From positions 4,774,001 to 4,838,000 of the forward strand of contig OZ281498.1 in assembly GCA_965637545.1 (NCBI GenBank): 64,000 nucleotides of DNA, read 5' to 3'. Positions within the stretch are counted from its first letter, which is position 1; every line of letters starts with the position of its first letter. The notes beneath the pieces are model-generated. The model was not told where the DNA came from and did not search any database. It was given only the letters and a program-made list of their open reading frames with translations. This DNA comes from Phallusia mammillata (Eukaryota). Positions 34,701 through 64,000 of this stretch are shown one piece after another. Made by a program: the position numbers and the translations under genes.

Positions 34701-37700
34701 TTGCAATCTCTTGTCAAGTACAAAAGTAGAAGAAGGCATTTTTCAGAAGGGATGATACCTATGTTTTCGGAAAGAACAGAAAAGCATGATGCAACATTGG
34801 CAACAGTGGGTGTTGATGTGACTGAATGGACACTAAAACATAAAAACAGGTCAATTATCAAATTCTATGTTATTTAATGAGTTTCTGCAAAATTGCCATT
34901 TACCTATTACTGAGTACTGAATACCGAAGGTACTGAATTTAAAGTGATTTTTGTGTAAGATTATATACTTCTATTTTACACAACTCTTTATTTGAAATGT
35001 AATCAGAAATCAGTATATTTTTTTATTCAAATTCAAATAAGTACTAAGTACTATTCAGAAGAATTTGATTACACACAAATTGATAATATTCTTAACAATT
35101 TCATAATATTCTTGACAAATTGATAACAAATTGATAATATTATTGACAAATACAATTTGGATTTATGATATCTTTGGAATTAAACAGGTTTTATAATGGA
35201 GTGGATTTGTCTGCACCAAAACGCCACAATTGCTATAAACTAAGAAAAACTTAAAAAGCTTGTTGTTTCTGTGAATGTGTTATTAACTAAACATGTACAA
35301 TAACTGTGACACCATCATTCCCTTCTTACAGATCATTTCAAGTCAGTGCCTGGGATTTTGCAGGACAAGAAGATTTTTATGCCACACACCCTTGCTTTCT
35401 ATCAGAAAGAGCTATGTACCTAGTTGTGTATGATGGGTCAAAGGGACCTCATCAACTTACAACATTAAAGCCATGGTTAACTGCCATCCATGCAAGAGCT
35501 TCACATTGTCCAGTGCTCATAGTTGCATCCCATGCTGATATTGTCTCAAGGTATATGAAATATGCTATTGTATGTCAGCTTGTCAATCAACACATATCTT
35601 TTGTATGTAGTGACCATAGGGATGAGCTGTTTTCTGTGTTGGACAAAGAGCTGAAAAGTTTGTCTAAAAACAAATGGTTTCCCAACATCAGGACTACTCC
35701 TCACATTTTGCATGAATTTTTGGATGTTCGAGAAGGGTCATCTAGCATTTCCTACCTGAAAGCCAAGTTGGGTACAGTTTTGAATGGTATGTGTGGCTAG
35801 GTTTTTTTGCAATTGTTTAGTTCAGTGTTTACAATATGTATTATCTTGTTGCTTGTTGTTCTTGTAGATTCTGTTATCCAAGGAAATCCTTTAGTTGGTG
35901 GCATGGTTCCATTTAGTTATGTACAACTTGAAAATATGTTGCGAAAAGAGGCAGTAGAAAAAGATGAGTTTCCTGTTCTCAAGTAAGCACATGTTTGTCT
36001 TTTACTTAACAATAGTTAACACACACACATTGGAAACAAAATACATCTAACAAGTGAAAGAGGACATAAGTTGTTAAAGATAACCATATTGTCATTTATA
36101 TTGTTAAAGATAACTATTTCCTTGTTTGGTAATTATCATGTAAACTTTTTGATCCTTTGAATCAGGCATTGTATATTTGCAAATATGCATCACAAACAGC
36201 TGTTATACAGTATTTGGTTTGTCTTTGTCATGTGCATTTAAAGTGTTGCCTGTATTACTAAACCATGTTTCCATATTGTAAATAACTGTTCATCAAAGCT
36301 TTTTTCATTATTCTTGGTACAATAAACCAGGTATCAGCACAGGCAGTGTTTTTTTTGAGTTGTTTTGGGGGACCGTTTCGGTCCCCCAAATGTCTCCATC
36401 AGTTTCCCAAAATTTGGACTTGCAACTACAACTACAGTTTTTGGTATTTAAATGAAACACTTGCGGTCTCTTAAAACTACTTAGCGGTCACCCAAACCAA
36501 ACCTTAAAAAAAACCTGAGCACAGGTACTAAGTTTTTCATTCTTTTTCCTTATATTTTTTAGCTTCAGTGAGCTTGCTTGCCTTGTGCAAGATTGTGGAA
36601 CAGCATATAAACCATTATTTGAAAACGGTTCAGAACTAATGCTTGCTGTGAAGTACCTGCACCAAACAGGAGTTTTGCTTCATTTTGATGATCCACGATC
36701 TGGACTTCACAACAATTTTTTCATTAAACCAGCATGGCTTTGTCAACTAATTGCCCAGGTAAAGTATTTCTGTGATGATCCAGAATACTCCTAATGACAT
36801 TCCATTGTGTGACAAGTTTTTCAAATAAAACATAGTTGTTGTTGTTTTTTTGTATGACATTAGAAGTTTACCTAAATTTTCTTGTTTTTCTTTGTAATTC
36901 TAAATTTTCATTCAGCACTTTAAAATTCCTATTTATTCTTTAACAGCCATTTTGTGATTAAAAATGCCCTGGCATATATACTGGCACCACTATGAAAACA
37001 ACCGTCTGAAATTAGAATCTGTTTGTAGGTTATTTCCATGGAAGAACAACGTGGGTATAAAGTGAATCCGTACATAAGCTCTGAACTTATAAGCAAACAA
37101 CGTTTGATAGAAACATTGTTGTCTGATGAGGTGAGTTGAAACATAAAAAATGGTTGGTTTCATTATATCATACTGCTGGTCTGTAGGGTTTTGCCACTGC
37201 AGTCCCCAAAGATTTTATCCCCTCCTTGTTCCGATTGCTTGAAAACTTTGAGGTAGTTCTACAGCAAGATGATGACACATATTTGGTGCCATCAAAGCTT
37301 CCAATCGAAAAGCCTAATCTTCCTGATTTACCTGAAAAAATGCTTGTCAGGTACCAAACAGTTTGATAACGGTGATACACTGAATTATGCTACAATTGGT
37401 CCACAAAACTGGGCCTAAAATTAATTTCTGATTAAACCTATGAGTCCCATACTAATGGATTTTGTTCAAATACATATTGCACAAAACATGTTATATTTTG
37501 AACCTAAGATGGTTTTGAATGTAAACAATGAATATTTAAGTAATTAAATTGTATGTGACTTTTGATGAAGTATTTGTTTTATACAATATATTCTGACCAA
37601 CTAACACTTGAATTTGTAACTAGAAGTTAACAACTAAAACTGTTTTAATTTAGATATTTGTCAATGACGTATGTTCCAATGGGATTTTGGCCGAGACTCA

Positions 37701-40700
37701 TAGCAAGGCTACTCAGTTTTTCTGACCTGATTTTGAGACAGCAGAGTAAAATAAAATGCAAACATTGCAAACCAGAAAAAATCAAAACATGGAGACAAGG
37801 CATGTATATGGAGTGGAAATCTGAAAACGAAGCAACATTTTTGTTACTTCAACATGGCAACAAAATGTATAAAGAAGCTTTGGACACAGCTCGTGAACTT
37901 TCCCACAAGTAAACATTGTTATATTATAGTTTTGTTGATATTTTTTAAGTTAAGGTATGTTACAGTCAGGAAGAATTTGAGTTTGTTTCTTGGACACATA
38001 CAAAAGATGAAGGTTTGGAAATTGTGCTGCCCAGAACAAAAATAGGAATTGTAAGTTATCTCAATGTAGTGTGTAAGCAATATATTCATAAAAATACTAC
38101 AATGTATGTTTTAGGTTATTCTTGGACAAGTTGTTGATCACATTAATAATCTCGTCGAAGAGTGGTACCCTGGCTTGTTACATCAAGACCTGGCTGGAAA
38201 CCCGTTCTTTTCCCATCACTCTCCATGTTTAAAGTGCATTGATGAAAAAACTTACACTAAAAACAAACCTGTCCATTCCTTTTGCATTAACCAAGTGGCT
38301 GACAGTGTTCTGTATGTAACTTATAATCTACAGCCTGATATGTTGCCTCAAGCAGTTACTCGAAAACTTTTTTTAGACATCATGCTACTAGCAGTAAAAA
38401 GTTAAGAGACTTGGTAGATTCTGGCTATGAAGTACAAACTACTAAGGATGGTGAAATACTAATTGAATGTCCAAACCACCCTAATGATCCAGTTTCCACA
38501 TCATGGTTTGCACCTGAAATCAATTTTGATGGTAATGATAGCTTGTAATTAGTGTTGTAAAAAGAAAGTTACCGCTTCAATTTTCATCAGACTTCGAAGC
38601 AGATTTACGAATACATCCAGAGCATTTGCAATTTGAAAGAACTGCTCACAATCTTCTTGGTGATGGAGGGTTTGGGTCGGTGTATCAAGCACAATATAAA
38701 GAAAAAGATGTTGCAATTAAAACCTTTCACATTTCAGCCCCTGATTCATTGATCAGGATGTTTCGAGCAGTTAGTTTGTTTTTTTACTATTTTTTTTTTT
38801 TTAGCAAACAGTAAATAATTTAGGTACGCAGTGCACTGTTTTATACATTCTGAGCAAAAAAATCACAGCCAGTATTTGCGTGTAAAGCAGGACCACGTTT
38901 TTGTGACTTTTAATTCTCATGACCTGATGATGACAAAAGAAATTGTCGAAACAAAGTGATGCAAATATTGGCTTTCATGTTTTGGTCAGAATAAATAGTT
39001 TGTTTTTTAATCTGTTTCAGGAACTAAATATTCTCGCTCAGCATCAACACCCAAGCATTATTTCTTTCATTGGCTTTGTTCCTCCTGGATATTTAAATCA
39101 AACTTTTCAGTTACCTATGTTTGCAATCGAATTCGCCAGGTTTGGAGCACTGGGTAATCTTCTTGTCAAAATGTTCAAAATGACACCCCCAAAACGCTTG
39201 GAAGCATTACTGCCAGTTTTAAGGCACAGGTAATATGGAAATTCACAGAAAAAACAAACATGAAGTAATAAACAATGACTCATCACTTTAGGATTGTGTA
39301 TGAAATTGTGGATGGACTTTCATTTTTGCACTCTCAGCATATTGTGTACAGAGATTTGAAGCCTGACAATGTTCTTTTGCTTTCACTTGAACCAACCTCA
39401 GCAACGATTTCTAAAATTACAGATTATGGCATTTCTACCCTAGTTTCTCCAGGTGGAGTGCCCAGTCCCAGCGGCAGTCCGGGATACAGTGCCCCAGAAG
39501 TGGTTTCCATAAAAACTGGAGGTATTGTTTCATTGAAATTGTAATAACAGCTAAAAATCAATATCACAATTTAAGACCCCCATATGTTTGGGTAACATAA
39601 ATTAGGTATTATAAACTGCATACATTCAGGAATCAGGACCTAGCATAATTTATCACCAAAGTTTGAGGTATTGATTTATTTCAACATTTTTTCAGGAAAA
39701 CACAAGAGCCAAGATTTGTTTCCTTATTCATTTAAATGTGATATATACTCCTTTGGATTAATGTTGCATGAAATAGCTGTTGGAAGATCACCATGGATCG
39801 ATTATGTGAATGAAGAGCAGAACACTGAATCAGAATTACTTTCATCTAGTCACCCAGATGACATTGTTATGAAGGCAAGCAAGCAGTGTGTTTTACTTAC
39901 CACAGTCGTGTTATACTCACAATGCCACAAACTCACTCTCTCGTGAGCTTTTACCACATAACGCTTCAAAATATGGTGTAGCTGTAGCAGATTTGTCATG
40001 ATCCACCAATTGTACCATCCATTATTTTGCCCTCCATAAGGTTTTAACAGTATGCAGCTATTTCTGACTTTGTGATTGTTTTAGTGCTACTGTGTTACTA
40101 TGTTTTCTTTCACCAAGTGAAATAAACATAACTTAATTAATTTGCATTGCTGTAATGTTTTAATTATCTACATAATCAATTTGCAGGGAATAAAACCTTC
40201 TTTAATATCAACATATGAAGGATCTCTTCCATGGCCACATGCCCAGAAGTTGATTGACAGGTGTTTGCAAAGAAATCCAGATAACAGACCAACAGCTAAG
40301 GAGTTAGCCGAAGTCCTTGTGAATATTGACTCCTGTTGCATAAGGTAATAGTTTTCTTAACAGTGCATTTAGTTTTGGTTTAGGTTGTATAAAAAAGAAA
40401 AAAAGTATCTTTTACTCATTAAACATACAAAATTAACTGTATTTTTCAAAAGGATGCAGGAATACTTGCACTCATCACAAGTTGTCTCCTGCATTTGCTT
40501 TTCCACCAATGTTCGAGGTAAGATTTTACTATTTGATGAGAACAATAAAGTTATAATTTACTTTTTGCCTTGCAGCAAGGACCACAAAGGAGGACTTGAC
40601 CAGTCCCAATTCTTCTGTAAGTTGTTATTTTTTGTAAAATATTATCTTCAGTGTATTTTTTAATGTGTTCAATGAAACCTCCATGTTATATCTCTTTATT

Positions 40701-42674
40701 GATAGCAGCTGATTTGGTTGTCAAATACAACATCCAATAAAAGCCAACTCATCAACAGCACAATCAACTTGGACACTTGTCAGTTCGGCAACCAATCACA
40801 GTTTTGTGAATTCGACAACTTTAGCATCTCAGGCATGGTTTGCCTTAGACAAGGCCAACCCATTGACACTTGCAGTGAAACTTACATTGCTGGAACAACT
40901 AAGGTAATGATTTGGGGTGAACCCATATTAAAGTATTGACTTTTAAACGGTCTGTTTGTTCAGGGTGAAATTCTTTTTTGTACCAAAGATCATGTTGAAG
41001 TGTTGTTTACACTGGAAACGGGTGTAACTTGCATCACATTACATGCTCCAAGCAGTAAGCTTTTGTCCAGATAAATTTAAATATAAATGCATTTAAAATT
41101 AAGTTGCATGAGAACAAATGATTGTTTAGTTGTGTAAAAGACCAAGTAGTTTTGTTATTTTGTTTTACCATAAAAATAACACTTATTATCTTTAAATTCC
41201 TTGCATAGATGCCCCTGATCATCGTTTTGTTGTTGCTGGTTTGGAAAACGCAACCGTTATTGTGTTTGAGATAAGTCAGGTAAGGATTGTATGTAACTTA
41301 GTTAAAACACAACGACCGTTCCCGCCGAACAGTTTTGCATAACTTGCAGAAACACACCGTCAAACTACGTCAAATGAACAAACTACAACTAAATGAAATT
41401 GCATGCTCACAGCCGATAACTGCAATGGAGTCATTTGGATGCAAACTTCATGTGGGTTGTGGGAAATTTGTCATTTCATTAAATCTGGTCGATTCAGGTA
41501 CGTTATCTCTAAGAGTTGTGATGAAAATGAAATTCTTTTGTTATTTTTGTTCATTCTTTACTGTTAACAGGAGGCCCATCAGTATGTTCAGTCAAGACGA
41601 TTTCAGTTGAAACGAAGTCTTCACAAATTCGTCACCTAGCAGTAAGCCAATCCGCTCTATACGTGGTTTGTAATGAAAGCTCGGTAGTCAAATTCTGGCA
41701 GTCGGGTAGTGCCCAAAGAAACCGGCTGGATGTGGCAAGTTTTGTTCCCGACGTAAGTGGCAAATACCTCCCTGGTTTTAAGATTCTCAAATTGTTTGGA
41801 GATGTTCCAGATGTTCAGATTGTGTGTTTGTGTCGCTAACACTACAGTGAATTGTTCTCTCCCGTTATTTGAAGTGTTTGCTTAGGCGAAGGGAAAGACG
41901 TTCGTGACAAGTATGTTTGTTGATCGCCTGAATTCCACCCTGTGGGTGGGCTTAAACAGTGGGCATGTCGTCGTTGTACGTGAACCGTTGCACAATCATG
42001 TCATTCGTTCGGACAGCAAACCAGTGGCCGTCCTCCAAACTCATGCCAACACTGTTTCTCACATTCTCCCAGCGCCAGGTTAATATTCTGGTCAAAACTG
42101 TATGTGGTTTACTAGACCTACTGCGCATTGTTTCCAAATATATTTTGTTGAAACACAGGCTATTTCCAGTGCAGTGGTGTAAAGTTTTACAACTTTTACA
42201 GATTCTCATGAAAGAACAACTCATCCATTAATTCTTTGTGTGGGAACTGGAAAGGCGTCGTTACTGCCCCAACTGGTCTCGTACGATGTAAGTGTTTGTG
42301 ACATTGTAGACACAATGGTGTTTGTAGATATTTGTTGAATGAAATATTATAGGAAATCAACATACGTTCAACGTTCCGGTTTCGGACGATACCCAATTTT
42401 TCTTGGAAAGTGTTTCATCTGTTTGTAGTCTATCCCAGGGTCGTTTACAGGCTTCATAAATGCTTTGCTTGAAAAAATGTGATTTAAAAACGAACAAAAT
42501 ATGCTAATCTACATTAATTTTCTGTTTTTTATTTAGACTCAACGCAAGCGCAGTAGTTCTTTTACACACCTGGACGGAACATTCGTCGTTGCAGTAGATG
42601 CCGATATTGCAGATATAGCCGATCTGCTTGCCTCTGCTATTTACAGTAGAACGTCAATAAAGTCAACAAAGTAA
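28749..42674 (+). CDS. LRRK2: Leucine-rich repeat kinase 2-like ROCO kinase (ARM-ANK-LRR-ROC-COR-kinase-WD40), many short exons
   Basis: Ankyrin-like NTALLNACETG/KTPLSIAC (31630-31790); LRR exons 33004-34463; ROC RLKKSVPHNRVKLMLLGHPEAGKTTLL, ATVGVDVTEW, WDFAGQEDFYATHPCF; COR LHQTGVLLHFDDP, MTYVPMGFWPRLI, LGQVVDHINNLVEEWYPGLL; kinase LLGDGGFGSVY, YRDLKPDNVLL, DYGIS, GSPGYSAPE; last exon 42537-42674. The ROC/COR motifs match LRRK2 rather than LRRK1. The start codon and some WD40 exon boundaries are uncertain. Confidence 0.9.
36344..36517. mobile_element. Small hAT-type MITE, 174 bp, with internal GC hairpin
   Basis: Termini CAGTGTTTTTTT/AAAAAAACCTG; perfect 8-bp TSD agcacagg (36336-36343 and 36518-36525); internal palindrome ttgggggaccg-ttt-cggtcccccaa. 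Confidence 0.75.
38921..38960 (+). ncRNA. Hammerhead ribozyme core motif in an LRRK2 intron (cleavage triplet GUG, probably inactive)
   Basis: CTGATGA T GACAA-aagaaa-TTGTC GAAAC aaa GTG: perfect 5-bp stem II and intact core boxes; stem I is poor. Confidence 0.5.
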
Positions 42675-44559
42675 CCAACTGTTTTCGCGTGTTTATTCAT
42701 TGTCTACATAGCATCTTTTGCAAAAATACTTTCATAACGTCGCAAAAAATCGCAAGTGTTGTAAAGTATTTGACAAATTATCTGGATGTATGTTCATATG
42801 TTCCAACTTTTTTACATTTCATGTCTTTCTTTGTTTGTGTTGCCAGACACTGTGCGACGCAGTACTTGGCCTATCGGTTGTATGCATTTTGAAAACAATT
42901 GACACGCCGCACTTGCATGTTGACTGAAATAAAAAAATATACAATACGCTATGCTATGGCGTTTCGTCGACAGTGAATGGCAGGATGACTAAAAGTTTGT
43001 AACGGCAAAAGCAGCCATAATTTTTCGGTTAATGAAAATATGGTGCTGTAGGGCCCATTTTTACTGGGCTGCAATCTTTTTAAATAGGTGAATCGTATTA
43101 AATTAAGGCAAAGCTCAACATGCCAAATAGCAATGTACCGCAAACTAAATTAAACCCTAAAATTCGCTGTGGTTGATACCGACTGGCCTTCATTTGTTCA
43201 ACAAATAGTATTTCTGATGCCGGTACACACGGTCAAACCTGGTATTAGACGTCAGGTTTCTGCTATTTTGACAATGTAACAGTTGTAATATGCCCACATT
43301 ATCATTTGTTGCATACTTCGGGGTTCGTTTATGTGGGTTTGGTTGTATACGATTTATTTATGTGCTGCGTAACAGGTTATGCCCCACTTCCGTCATTAAG
43401 AATGTCCGAAACTTCGCTAAATTTGCCTTAATCCCTACCACCCCAGTGTTTTTAAAAACTATATTTTTTTGCAGAAACTTTAAGTAAATGATTAATGTTT
43501 ACAATGAGTTTGTATTTTTTGCATATATTTTTGTTACTTTAAATACTTGTGCATTTCTGTTTGGTTGCATAATATTTGGTTAGTTTAAAAGACTCCGTAC
43601 CACTTTGGAAAAAATGAAGTGGATTTATTTGGGCGCTGGAGGGCTTATCAGAGAACAGAATATCAACTTGAATGAAGGTGTCTTTTAGACAGGATTTGTT
43701 ACATGGTTTTGTTTTGTCATTTGTTGAGTGTTTATTTAGATTTGCTCAGTAAAATTTTGAATGTTTATTGAGCAGAGTTTTGACATTTAACTGAAACAAA
43801 CCAAAATAAATGAGTTAGGTATCGTAGGTGATTTGCATGTGATACGTTTTGTCAAACTTTGCAGCCAAGTTTCGTACTGAAATGTGAAAATGAGACCTTA
43901 AGGTTAAAATAATGATTGTGTAGCAATCAATAGCCACAAAAAAATTAAATGAAAATACTTACTGTGAGCAAAACGTTTGCAAACACCACCAAAACCCACT
44001 ATTAAAACTTAAAAAAAGAAAAAAAGGTTGTTGCTGTCTAATTTGAAAGCTACATGCAACATATATGTGGGTTTTATTGGTGTTTACTCAAATTTAAACA
44101 AACAAGTGGATACATACATATTCTGTGATGTATATTTTACATTAAAATTTGCTGCTGTAGATTTGATTGGGACTTTTTTTAAATTGTTGTTAGCACATCT
44201 ATTCTTGCACATGGGTTTATGCATATGGTTTCGCACTTGTGCAACTCTAAAACCTTATTTCAGGTGCTACTCTACACTTAAACATCTGTTTATATTTAAA
44301 AAAAAATTAAAAACTTATAAATGTTTTAGAACTGGTTATTTTGCAAGTAGCATATTGACGAAGTTTTGTTGGAGGCAAAAGCTATTGCAAAAGCCAAATA
44401 AAATGCTATCAAACTATTAAGTTAAGTCTACAAATCCACCTGATCAGGCAGCAGTAAATAAACTTAATTAGCATCAATATTCATCACATGTGTTGTATAT
44501 GTCTAACGGGGCACTTAACTCGATAACCAATGATTTTTTTTTTTTCGGTGTCTTTGCTG

Positions 44560-44640
44560 TTTTTATTAAACTGTTCATCAATGACAATTGGATATAGTGA
44601 CAATGCAAATAAAATTTGACTTGATTTTGATTTGATTTGT
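44560..44640 (+). mobile_element. Possible LINE (CR1/L2-like) 3' tail
   Basis: AATAAA is followed by the microsatellite tail ttgacttgattttgatttgatttg; no ORF remnant identified. Confidence 0.3.
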
Positions 44641-45467
44641 CTGTGTGATCGCAACCTGTGGGTCCAGTCTGCAGAATATGGCAGTTCCTAACGAGATGTG
44701 GGGCGTGCAGGACCACTATGTCCCATAAGTGCATAACCTCTAAATCCACAATCCATGTGCAAGACCATATTTACTTGGTACAATGATGTTATAAACATGA
44801 CCAGGGAGCACTTTATGCTTAGTTTCTGCATGCAGTCAAAAACAATAGAAGGCACATGTTTTTCAAAAAACAACTGGCGTGTACAGCAGTCGTATTCGCC
44901 CGGTTGGCTGTCGGATGTTTATCTCTCATCATTTTCAAATGTTTAATTTTAAACAAAAAAAACTAAATTATGCATAGGAATACTTTTTTGCATGCATTAA
45001 CTTTCTGTTGAAACTTGTTTCAAATATATGTTGTTAAGATATTGGTTTCCATTGCATTTTAGGTAGAAATAGTTTTGTTACGTTGGTTTTGAACAAGTTT
45101 GTGTGTGGTGTAATATGAATTGTCTCTTGTCATAGTGTTTGATGTGTTAAGCATTAGTTATTGTACAACTAACGGTTTTTCAGTAAAACTGTTGTTTTCA
45201 TATTTACATGTCAAAGATGGTATAATATAAGTGTATGTGGCATATTGTTGTCTGTATGCAGCACAACCAAAAAATGTTGTTTCTACTGTATGCTCTTGTA
45301 CAACATAACACCAAAAATATTGTTTTAGGTGAATAGGTGGCACTGTTTTGTAGTGAGGCATGCTGTAACTTTCTTGCACATAACATGAGAGGACTAGCTT
45401 GTCTGTTTACTGGAAAAGCAAAACAACTTGCATTTTCTTTAACTGAAAACTAAGGACAAGAAAAACA

Positions 45468-63946
<18,479 letters not shown>

Positions 63947-64000
63947 GTAAGGGATTTTAATGCTACGGCGATTTTTTGAGAAAAAATTAAGTACTTATAA

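Overview
This is an AT-rich, intron-dense animal genomic window. The chordate-like proteins, many 60-80 nt introns and tight gene packing suggest an invertebrate chordate, probably an ascidian; the taxon is my inference. Six protein-coding genes lie head-to-tail on the + strand: 5'-partial intronless PEX1, an ASPHD2-like dioxygenase, a lamin-rod plus LMNTD1-type tail intermediate filament protein, MAPK15 (ERK7/8), an LRRK2-like ROCO kinase and a 3'-partial Rho kinase (ROCK). Exon boundaries were inferred by hand from GT/AG sites, reading phase and family motifs. Introns carry hAT-type MITEs with 8-bp target-site duplications, a tRNA-derived SINE and minisatellites. Three observations stand out. 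(1) Several families of small intronic repeats encode minimal type I hammerhead ribozyme cores (CUGAUGA-stem II-GAAAC-GUH) with covarying stems, some arranged as inverted pairs. (2) ROCK has an apparent pair of mutually exclusive exons that swaps the C-terminal half of the Shroom-binding domain and differs by exactly one heptad. (3) The LMNTD1-like gene keeps a full long lamin-type rod but has no CaaX box.
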